From an uncultured Spirochaetales bacterium (lineage in GTDB: Bacteria; Spirochaetota; Spirochaetia; JAFGXN01): DNA of 64,000 nucleotides. Location: positions 160,254-224,253 of the forward strand of contig CASEOG010000002.1 in NCBI GenBank assembly GCA_949289575.1. The letters are read 5' to 3'. Positions 41,008-48,591 of this stretch are shown here, in pieces; position 1 is the first letter of the stretch; each line of letters opens with the position of its first letter. Made by a program: the position numbers and the translations under genes. Below the pieces are notes generated by a model that saw only the letters and a program-made list of their open reading frames with translations, did no database searches and was not told the origin of the DNA.

Positions 41008-41523
41008 TTACTTGTAATAGTCTTTGAATTTTCCTTTCCGCATGAAGAAGCCGATCAATCTGCTCATGTATTTAATCGGAAAATAGTTGGCGTGCAAATC
41101 CATCAGTTCGATCAGGTTCCCGTCCGGATCGCGAAAGAAAAACCAGTCGGCTCCGTCGTCTCTTTGAGGTTCGTTTAAAATTTCGACATCGGATCGCTCG
41201 CTCAATTTCTTATACCATTTCCCGATATTTTTGACATCGAGCGTAAAATGATGTGTTCCCGGACGGTTCCAGCAGTGTTCGAACGGAGCGGTTTCCGAAA
41301 ATTCGAAAATTTCGATTAACCCGCCTCTCGGCCCGAGCAAAAATCCGAATCGGACGGACATTCCGTCGGGGAGGTTGTACAGTTTTTTCATGCGGCTCAT
41401 TCGTTCCGCATCCAGACCGCCTTTCGAAATCAGAGAAAATCCGAAAACATCGCGATACCATCGGACGGCTTTGTTGAAATCTTTGACGGTTATGCCGACA
41501 TGGTTGAATCCTCTGGCTTTCAT
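41008..41523 (-). CDS. VOC (glyoxalase/methylmalonyl-CoA epimerase) family metalloenzyme
   Basis: FNHVGITV, LIEIFE, GTHHFTL and FRDPDGNLIEL motifs; probable metal ligands H8, E71, H92 and E139. Confidence 0.92.
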   Translation of the reverse strand: MKARGFNHVGITVKDFNKAVRWYRDVFGFSLISKGGLDAERMSRMKKLYNLPDGMSVRFGFLLGPRGGLIEIFEFSETAPFEHCWNRPGTHHFTLDVKNIGKWYKKLSERSDVEILNEPQRDDGADWFFFRDPDGNLIELMDLHANYFPIKYMSRLIGFFMRKGKFKDYYK

Positions 41524-41532
41524 TGAGTCCTC

Positions 41533-42339
41533 CTATTTTACCAGGCTTCCCACAAGCAGCATGTAGTCGCCCAGCTGGGCACCGAATTCGGGTCCGCCGA
41601 CCATAACCAGTCTTTGCTGAATGGTCGCCTCGATCATGTCGTCCGTTTCCTGCAGAATTCCCAATGCGCTTTTCGGCGAGTCGAATTTCATTGTAAAGAA
41701 GGGCATGCTTTTTGTGTATTGACCTCTTCGGGCTTTTGTCCGGCCTTTTTTGACACGGAGATAAGCCGACAGCTCCGGTTCTCCTTCGACAGCCCATGCG
41801 TAAATCCGGTCGGGACTGAGAGCCGCCCACGCTGCCACATCGGGATGTCCCAGTTTGTTCAGAATACTGATTCCGCGTGACAGAAGATAAAACATACACT
41901 TGACCAGCAGCTTTTGGTCATCCTCTTTTTTGGGAGCTGTTTTGGCGCCGAGAAGTCCCGACATTGTCAAGAGCAGCTTCATAAAATTCAGAAAAACGGA
42001 GAAATGTTTCAAAGCGCCTTTCATCTTCGGAAGCGGAAATAATTTTCCTTTGAAGAAGCCGCACAGATGCTCGGGTGATTTAAATTCCAGTTCGACATCG
42101 GGAGTCTCTTCGGAAACCCCTTTTTTCGGTGTACAGGTGCCGTTTTCGAAAATATAGTGAATCGCCATCTTTCCGTCGGGAGTTTTGCAGCTGATTTGGG
42201 CGACCGCTTTTTTCGCCTGCCAGCCCTTCTGCAATGCCGGACGGTCTTCCAGAATGGTTTTCAGAAGAGGGCAAACGGCATAGAGGAAGAGATGGGTCGA
42301 AAAAAGCGTTTCCTGTTCTTTTGTAATCGCAGTTGCCAT
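41533..42339 (-). CDS. Hypothetical protein with tandem SCP2-like (lipid-binding) domains
   Basis: F..G...........PDVELEFKSPEH...F.GK..P.P pattern and a second similar half; visible paralogy with 45525-46280. Confidence 0.55.
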   Translation of the reverse strand: MATAITKEQETLFSTHLFLYAVCPLLKTILEDRPALQKGWQAKKAVAQISCKTPDGKMAIHYIFENGTCTPKKGVSEETPDVELEFKSPEHLCGFFKGKLFPLPKMKGALKHFSVFLNFMKLLLTMSGLLGAKTAPKKEDDQKLLVKCMFYLLSRGISILNKLGHPDVAAWAALSPDRIYAWAVEGEPELSAYLRVKKGRTKARRGQYTKSMPFFTMKFDSPKSALGILQETDDMIEATIQQRLVMVGGPEFGAQLGDYMLLVGSLVK

Positions 42340-42348
42340 TCCGTCCTC

Positions 42349-43356
42349 CTAGAAATCGTCGTCGTCCCAGTCGTTGTCTTCTTCGATCTGAACGCCCATG
42401 ATTTCGTGAGCTGTTTTGACAATACCGTTCGAGTCGTATCCGTATTCGGACATCAAATCCTCGTGGAGTCCGATAATGGAGTAGGTGTCGGGAACTCCCA
42501 ATTTTCTCATGACACAGGCTTTACCCAGTTCGGTGACGGTTTCGGCTACGGCGCTTCCCAATCCGCCGATAATGTTATGGTCTTCGACGGTAATGATGCG
42601 TTTTGTATCGATGACCGCTTTTTCAATGGCTTCCTTATCGATCGGTTTAATTGTATGCATGTTCAAAACACGGGCACGGATACCGTCGGCTTCCAGTTCT
42701 TTGGCGGCCGCAACGGCGCGGGCAACACAGGCGCCGCAGGCAATGATGGTCAGGTCGGTTCCCTCTGCCATCTGTACCGCTTTCCCCAATTGAAATCCGT
42801 AATCGGTACTTTTGTAGATCGGCATATCGTAACCGCGGTTGATACGGATGTAAAAAGGACCGTCGTTTTCGTAGGCGGCAATAACCGCATTGGCCGTTTC
42901 CATTCCGTCGGCCGGAACAATCACGCGGCAGTTGGCCATCGTTCTCATGATGCCGATATCTTCCGTACAGTGGTGCGTGCTGCCTGCCTGACCGAACGAG
43001 AGACCGGCGTGGGTCGCAATGACCTTTACATTCATATTCTGATAGCAGATGTCGGTGTGAAACTGATCCAGGGCTCTCATCGAGGCGAAAATCGCAAAAG
43101 TGGAAGCAAACGGAATCAGACCCGCTTCGGCCATTCCCGCTGCAACTCCCATCATATTCTGTTCGGCAATACCGAGGTTGAAAATCCGGTCGGGGAAGTC
43201 TTTTGCCAAAGCTCCGATTTTGGTCGATTTGGCAAGGTCGGCAGACAGACCGACAACTCTTTTATCCTGTGCCGCCAAATCGCAAAGCACTTTTCCGTAA
43301 TATTCCGCGGTCGACATTTTCTCCGCGTCAAGCATTGTATAGTTTAAGTTAGCCAT
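42349..43356 (-). CDS. Transketolase family C-terminal subunit (pyrimidine-binding plus C domain)
   Basis: SADLAKST, GIAEQNM, THAG...G..GSTH..ED, PFYIRINR, HTIKPID and VEDHNIIGGLGSAVAE motifs. Confidence 0.95.
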   Translation of the reverse strand: MANLNYTMLDAEKMSTAEYYGKVLCDLAAQDKRVVGLSADLAKSTKIGALAKDFPDRIFNLGIAEQNMMGVAAGMAEAGLIPFASTFAIFASMRALDQFHTDICYQNMNVKVIATHAGLSFGQAGSTHHCTEDIGIMRTMANCRVIVPADGMETANAVIAAYENDGPFYIRINRGYDMPIYKSTDYGFQLGKAVQMAEGTDLTIIACGACVARAVAAAKELEADGIRARVLNMHTIKPIDKEAIEKAVIDTKRIITVEDHNIIGGLGSAVAETVTELGKACVMRKLGVPDTYSIIGLHEDLMSEYGYDSNGIVKTAHEIMGVQIEEDNDWDDDDF

Positions 43357-43366
43357 CCGTTTCCTC

Positions 43367-44218
43367 CTAGTTTTTCAATCGGCTGTCGTGATATTCGTCA
43401 ATCTGCTTTTTGTACCGTTCGCCGGTTTCGGCATTGACGCTGGCGTAGTGATACTGGTAGTTGTCCTGAATATCGGCAACTCCGCAGCCTTTAAATGTAT
43501 CGGCGATAATGGCTACCGGTTTGTCTTTTGCGGCAAGAGCGTATTCGATCGCATCGGCAAGCGCATACATATCGTGTCCGTCGACGACTTTGACATCAAA
43601 TCCGAAGGCGGTCCATTTATCCGCAAACGGTTCCAGGTTCATGACATCTTCGGTGCGTCCGTCAATCATACATTTGTTGCGGTCGATGATTGTAATGACG
43701 TTTGTGGCTTTGTAATGGGCAATTGCCATGGCAGCTTCCCATACCGATCCTTCGTCGCATTCTCCGTCTCCGAGCAGACAGTAGGTTTTAAAGTTTTTCT
43801 CCTGCAGACGTCCGCCGAGAGCCATGCCGAGGGCAATCGAAAGCCCGTGTCCGAGCGAACCTGTGGAGGCATCCAATCCGACCACTTTGTTTCTGTCCAG
43901 ATGCATACCCAATTTGCTGAAAGTGTGGTTGTAGGTTTTCAGCATTTCTTTATCGAAGAATCCTTTGTCGGCCAGAACCGGGGCAAAGCCGACGCCGATA
44001 TGTCCCTTGCTGAGGATGAACCGGTCTCTCTCTTCCCATCGGGGATTGGCGACATCGATATTCATGTATTTGTAATACAGAATTGTCAGAATATCGGTTG
44101 CGCTCAGGGCGCCGCCGATATGGCCTCCGTTTGCCCACATAACCGTGTCGATTGTCAGTTTTCGTAATTCCCTTGCTTTGTTTTCGAGAGCAAGGTATTC
44201 TTCTTTAGTCAGTCCCAT
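43367..44218 (-). CDS. Transketolase family N-terminal (ThDP-binding) subunit
   Basis: GGHIGG, RDRFILSKGH, TGSLGHGLS and the ThDP motif GDGE-x-EGSVWEA...DRN. Confidence 0.95.
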   Translation of the reverse strand: MGLTKEEYLALENKARELRKLTIDTVMWANGGHIGGALSATDILTILYYKYMNIDVANPRWEERDRFILSKGHIGVGFAPVLADKGFFDKEMLKTYNHTFSKLGMHLDRNKVVGLDASTGSLGHGLSIALGMALGGRLQEKNFKTYCLLGDGECDEGSVWEAAMAIAHYKATNVITIIDRNKCMIDGRTEDVMNLEPFADKWTAFGFDVKVVDGHDMYALADAIEYALAAKDKPVAIIADTFKGCGVADIQDNYQYHYASVNAETGERYKKQIDEYHDSRLKN

Positions 44219-44251
44219 TTTTTTCTCCTTGAAAAAGAATATATAAATTTA

Positions 44252-45514
44252 TCAGTTAACTTTGTCGGGATGCAGTTTGGCGACAGCCGCAAACGCTTCG
44301 TCCGCCACTTCGATCGTTTTTTTGATGTCGGCATCCGTCAGAGAGGCGTTCATGAAGTGGTTGTGGTGGCTGACCAGAAAAACTCCGCGTTTGACACACT
44401 CTGCACAGAAATCCTGCATCATTTCCGTTGTCGGGTCGTTGGTAATCCGCATGAAAGGCATCGATTCCACACCCGAGAACTTCATATCGATTCCGTGAGC
44501 ATGGCCGGCGTCGATCATGCCGGAAGCGAATTTTTTTCCTTTCTCGATCAGCAGGTTGGCAACATCGATTCTTTTCATTTCGTTGATACAGGCAATGGCG
44601 GCGGCCATCGGAACGGCACTCGACCAGTAACTGCCTGTAAAAAAGACGGAGCCGGCAGCCGATTTCAGGCTGTCGATACCGACGACGGCCGAAATATTGT
44701 AGCCGTTTGCCAATGCTTTGCAGTAGCAGGCCAGATCGGGTTTGAATCCGAAATATTTGGCGCTTCCTTCGATGTGCAGCCGGAATCCGCAACGGACATC
44801 GTCCACAATTAATACGATTCCGTTTCGGGTACAAATTTCGCGGATTTTCTGCCAGTATCCCGGAACGGGGAGTGCGTTATCCGCAAAAATCCGGTGATCG
44901 TACGGTGTGGCAATAAAACAGGCAATCGAATCTTTGTTTTCGGCAACCGTTTTTTCGAAAGCTTCGGCGTCGTTCCAGGGAATTACGATTACATCCTGTA
45001 AATCGGCTTTTGTAATACCGTTGGCACCTTCGGCCTGTGTCCAGGGGACCACTCCGTGGTAACCGCCCTGAACCCGGACAATTTTGCTCCGGCCGGTTGC
45101 GGCTTTGGCTGTCAGAACAGCAAACGAGGTGGCATCGCCTCCGTTTTTCAGAAAGAAAGCCCAATCGGCTATTTCGATTGTGTCGCACAGCAACTCGGCC
45201 AAATCGACCTGAACCCGTGCCGGCAGGGCCATACAGTTTCCTTTTTTCAGCTGCTCATTGGCCGCTTTATCGACAATTTCATTGTTGTATCCCAAAATAT
45301 TCGGTCCGTAAGCGCACATGTAGTCGATATATTTGTTTCCGTCGATGCTCCAGAAGTAGGAGTCTTTCACACGATCGACATAAAAAGGGAAGTCGCTTGC
45401 GGGAATAAACTGTGACTGAACAGGCCCCAGATGGCCGGGAATTCCTGTCGGGATATATTTGACTGCTTTTTTAAACAGTTCCAGTGATTTTGTGTTGGAA
45501 TAAAACTCTTTCAT
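44252..45514 (-). CDS. Class III PLP aminotransferase, FumI/GSA-aminomutase-like
   Basis: YIDYMCAYGPNILGY, ADWAFFLKNGGDATS, YHG..PW, ATPYDH, VDDVRCGFR, CKALANGY (PLP lysine) and FTGSYWSSAVPMAAA motifs. Confidence 0.9.
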   Translation of the reverse strand: MKEFYSNTKSLELFKKAVKYIPTGIPGHLGPVQSQFIPASDFPFYVDRVKDSYFWSIDGNKYIDYMCAYGPNILGYNNEIVDKAANEQLKKGNCMALPARVQVDLAELLCDTIEIADWAFFLKNGGDATSFAVLTAKAATGRSKIVRVQGGYHGVVPWTQAEGANGITKADLQDVIVIPWNDAEAFEKTVAENKDSIACFIATPYDHRIFADNALPVPGYWQKIREICTRNGIVLIVDDVRCGFRLHIEGSAKYFGFKPDLACYCKALANGYNISAVVGIDSLKSAAGSVFFTGSYWSSAVPMAAAIACINEMKRIDVANLLIEKGKKFASGMIDAGHAHGIDMKFSGVESMPFMRITNDPTTEMMQDFCAECVKRGVFLVSHHNHFMNASLTDADIKKTIEVADEAFAAVAKLHPDKVN

Positions 45515-45524
45515 GCCGTTCTCC

Positions 45525-46280
45525 TTATGCTAAATATCCGCCGACCAGTTCCAGAATCGGATTCATATACTCGACCATCGGAATGAATCCCTTCATCAGC
45601 AGATCTCCCGTTGCCAGAGCAACGTAAGTATCTGTTTTTCTGGAAAGAATGCCCTGTGCCGCTCCGAGGTCCTTAAAAACAAGTCGTGCATTCGATTTTT
45701 CGGCAAAACCTTTGTATGCCGTCAGATGTCCGTTTTTGACATCGATATACAGACCGATTTCCGTGCCGATTGAAGCCTGTATGATGCCGTTCGGAATGTG
45801 TTTCGCGTTTTGAATTCCTTTCGGGTCGTGGTTTCCGATTTGAGCCAGTGACGAAAAGGCGGTGTAGAATGTCATTTCGGTATTCATGGCAAAATAACCG
45901 GGGTCCGACAAAAGACTCTCTGTCGGTTTCAGGTAATACGACAACCGGTCCGCCAGTTTTGTAAACGGTCCCGTCAGAAAACCGATACGGGTCAGTCCTT
46001 TGAGCGGAATGGGATTGGCTTTCCCGTCAATCATTTTATTGAAATGTTCGGGAGAAGTAAAAAATAAGAGAATGTGTGACGGATGCGAACCCTCTTTCAT
46101 TTCCGCCTGTCCGTTTTTAAAAGACAGGTTTCCGTTCGGTCCGTTTTTGACCTTGAACTGGATGGAGAGATTCTTCCCCGCAACGATTTTTCTGCACTCT
46201 TCGTCGCGATTAACCAGGAACTCGATGTTACGCAAGACGCCGAAAAGATTGCAGTATGCCAGTACTTTCTGGTTTTTCAT
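45525..46280 (-). CDS. Hypothetical protein with tandem SCP2-like (lipid-binding) domains
   Basis: QFKVKNG...LSFKNG......G......LFFTSPEHFNKMIDGKANPIPLKG, and a second half ending VALATGDLLMKG; GAGGAG SD. Confidence 0.6.
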   Translation of the reverse strand: MKNQKVLAYCNLFGVLRNIEFLVNRDEECRKIVAGKNLSIQFKVKNGPNGNLSFKNGQAEMKEGSHPSHILLFFTSPEHFNKMIDGKANPIPLKGLTRIGFLTGPFTKLADRLSYYLKPTESLLSDPGYFAMNTEMTFYTAFSSLAQIGNHDPKGIQNAKHIPNGIIQASIGTEIGLYIDVKNGHLTAYKGFAEKSNARLVFKDLGAAQGILSRKTDTYVALATGDLLMKGFIPMVEYMNPILELVGGYLA

Positions 46281-46334
46281 AGCCGACTCCTCTGTTATCT
46301 GATAAGAAATAAATTAAGGTTGCCCTTTTCCGAC

Positions 46335-46364
46335 ATTATACAACGAAAATGCCGAAAAGTACAA
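46335..46364 (-). promoter_or_regulatory. sigma70 promoter of the six-gene operon
   Basis: TTGTAC (46359-46364), 18 bp spacer, TATAAT (46335-46340). Confidence 0.7.
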
Positions 46365-46374
46365 TTTTTTTCTT

Positions 46375-47079
46375 TTAATTTGAGACAGTCGGATAATTAA
46401 TGAAATAGAGAAACAGCAGCTGGAAAAAATTAAAGAGCGCATGGCTGACTGCCAGCAGATGAATGTTCTTTAACGCGTAATACCAGAGTCCCAGAACCAA
46501 TCCGATGACAAAAATCGATACGGTTGCCGTCACTCCCTGATAAAGATGACCCGAGGCGAACAAAAACGCGGAAACGAGCAGTGCGGGCGCCATCGGAACA
46601 CGGCAGCGGCTCAGGTAGGTCAGCAGATAAGAGCGGAAATAAAGTTCTTCGGTGTATCCGGTCAGAAGAAACATCAGGAAGGCCGGAATCAGCATCGCTC
46701 CGTTGGTCACGGAAAACGGAATCGTTTCCTGAGGAGAGGGAGCTCCCCAGCCGAACATTCGGGGCAGCAGAACGGAGGCTGTCTGAACGGCAAACAGAGA
46801 GGCGAGAATAACAAAGGGCATCAGCCGGTCAATCGGTGTTTCCGGTTTGCGGAAACCGAAATCGGCAAAGGTCGTCCCTTCCTGGCGGTGAATCAGCCAA
46901 AGAAGAAAAAGAAATTGAGGAAAAGCGACGGCAAAGTAGGTCAGATATAAGAACGGATTATCGAAGTCGATTCTGCCGGTTCCGACCTGCTGTTGCAGGA
47001 TGGTCGGAAAGTAGAGAACAAGATAAATCAGCAGCGGTTCCGCAATACGGAAAAAAATTTCTTTTTTTTCGGACATCAT
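46375..47079 (-). CDS. CPBP (Abi/CAAX-like) intramembrane metalloprotease
   Basis: TEELYFR, FASGHLYQG and SHALFN motifs. Start probably MMSEKK, 5-8 nt after TTGAAT-16 bp-TACACT. Confidence 0.9.
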   Translation of the reverse strand: MMSEKKEIFFRIAEPLLIYLVLYFPTILQQQVGTGRIDFDNPFLYLTYFAVAFPQFLFLLWLIHRQEGTTFADFGFRKPETPIDRLMPFVILASLFAVQTASVLLPRMFGWGAPSPQETIPFSVTNGAMLIPAFLMFLLTGYTEELYFRSYLLTYLSRCRVPMAPALLVSAFLFASGHLYQGVTATVSIFVIGLVLGLWYYALKNIHLLAVSHALFNFFQLLFLYFINYPTVSN

Positions 47080-47115
47080 AAGACAGTGTAACAGATTTTT
47101 CCCATTATTCAAAGT

Positions 47116-48591
47116 ATGAAAAGAAAAAAAATCGAGAGGATTGTTTATAATCGGCTTCCGCCTCTCCTGGCGGTTTTCCCGCTGCTGGCATCGGCTGTGC
47201 GGCCCGTTCCCGAGCTGCTGATACCGTTGTGGGCCGGAATTTTTGCACTCTCCGTTTTAAGCCGCATTGTTTTCGGAGCTGTTTTCCGGTGCTCCCTTCC
47301 GCCTGCAGCCGGCCGGGCTTTTCTTTATTTAAATGCGGGATTTTTAATTGCGGGGCTGTTTCTGTTTCGGCTGGCCCGTACCGGAGACCGTTTCGGCGCC
47401 GATCCCGAAAAACTGACTGTATGGCACGGCGTTTTAAGTGCCGACAGCCGGCGGCTCGATTACGGGCGGACAGGGTACAATATCCGGTGTGACCGGGCCT
47501 CCGGTAACGGATTTACGGTTTCCGTCGACTGCGCTCTGTTTGTGACGGTGAAAGAAGGGGAAAAATTGAGAAAGGGACAGCCGGTGACGGTCACGGGGCG
47601 TCGTTCGGGGCACTCTTTCCGCGCTTCGTCCGTGGTCCGTTCCGGGAATTTGGCTCCGCTCCCGGCAGCCCGGGCTGTTGTTTCGGAGAAACTGACGCGG
47701 ACATTTTTTATAGAAGAGACTTCGTCCGGAGCCTTTTTTGAAGCGCTTTTGTTGGGAGACAGGGATGATCTGAATTCGGTGATGACGGATATCTTCCGAA
47801 AGTCGGGATGTCTTCATCTGATTGCTCTTTCCGGAATGCATCTGGGAATTCTGATAGGGATTCTCCGTCTCTGTTTCGGGAAAGTGATTCCCGAAAAATA
47901 TCTGAATGTCTTTCTGATTCCGTTGCTCGGTATTTACGTGATTCTGACAGGAAGTTCTCCGTCCCTGAAACGGGCTTACACTATGTTTACCGTTTCTTCG
48001 GCTGCCGGATTTTGCGGAATCAAGCTGCCGCCGGCCGATGTGTTGTGTGCGTCGCTGATTGTCAATGCACTGATTTATCCGCAGGAGCTCTATCATCCCG
48101 GAATGCAGCTTTCGTTTGCCGCCGTTTTCGGGATCGTCTTTTTTTCCCGCCGATTGCAAACGTCGTTGTGCCGGTGGGTGCCGAAGGCGGCGGCAGCGCC
48201 CTTTGCCGTTTCGTATGCCGCGCAAATCGGGGTGGCTCCGTTCCTGTTTGCAATGGAGGGCATCAATCCCGGGGGAATCATTGCTTCGGTTACGGTGTCT
48301 CCGTTGCTGGTTTTGTTTATGTATGTTCGGTTTCTCTCCGTTGCGGCTGCGCTTTCCGGAATGAACGGTATCGCTTTTCCGGCGGCCGGTATATCGGATG
48401 CGGTTTGCGATGTCATTGTGACGATACTGAAAGGATTTTCAGCAATTCCGACATTGCCGCTGTTCCCTTTCGGCGTCCTCTTTTTTCTTCCGTTTTTTCT
48501 GATTGCTGCCGGAGAGAGGGGCGTGTTTAAGCGGGTTATGTTGTTTTTTCTCCGAAAAAAAGGTAGAATCGGAGAAAGGAGTATCGGGTGA
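47116..48591 (+). CDS. comEC: ComEC/Rec2 family competence membrane protein with no metallo-beta-lactamase domain
   Basis: ALLLGDR, FRKSGCLHLIALSGMHL, SPSLKRA and QLSFAAVFG motifs. Confidence 0.92.
   Translation: MKRKKIERIVYNRLPPLLAVFPLLASAVRPVPELLIPLWAGIFALSVLSRIVFGAVFRCSLPPAAGRAFLYLNAGFLIAGLFLFRLARTGDRFGADPEKLTVWHGVLSADSRRLDYGRTGYNIRCDRASGNGFTVSVDCALFVTVKEGEKLRKGQPVTVTGRRSGHSFRASSVVRSGNLAPLPAARAVVSEKLTRTFFIEETSSGAFFEALLLGDRDDLNSVMTDIFRKSGCLHLIALSGMHLGILIGILRLCFGKVIPEKYLNVFLIPLLGIYVILTGSSPSLKRAYTMFTVSSAAGFCGIKLPPADVLCASLIVNALIYPQELYHPGMQLSFAAVFGIVFFSRRLQTSLCRWVPKAAAAPFAVSYAAQIGVAPFLFAMEGINPGGIIASVTVSPLLVLFMYVRFLSVAAALSGMNGIAFPAAGISDAVCDVIVTILKGFSAIPTLPLFPFGVLFFLPFFLIAAGERGVFKRVMLFFLRKKGRIGERSIG

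Noticed and set aside
42349-44218. Sulfoquinovose or apiose transketolase pathway
   Set aside because: These use split transketolases, but the expected glycosidase, isomerase, kinase and transporter genes are absent here, and they do not explain the SCP2-like genes. Not fully excluded.
44252-45514. Calling the aminotransferase hemL (glutamate-1-semialdehyde aminomutase)
   Set aside because: No hem genes are nearby, and DDVRCGFR and CKALANG differ from HemL DEVMTGFR and GKIIGGG; the context points to catabolism.
46285-46365. Short palindrome TTATCTGATAA and an imperfect inverted repeat around the operon promoter as operator sites
   Set aside because: Too short or imperfect to support without homologous promoters, and no regulator gene is adjacent.
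47080-47115. Apparent 3-nt head-to-head gap between the CPBP gene and comEC
   Set aside because: Largely an artefact of the ORF-track start; the likely CPBP start at 47079 leaves 36 nt.
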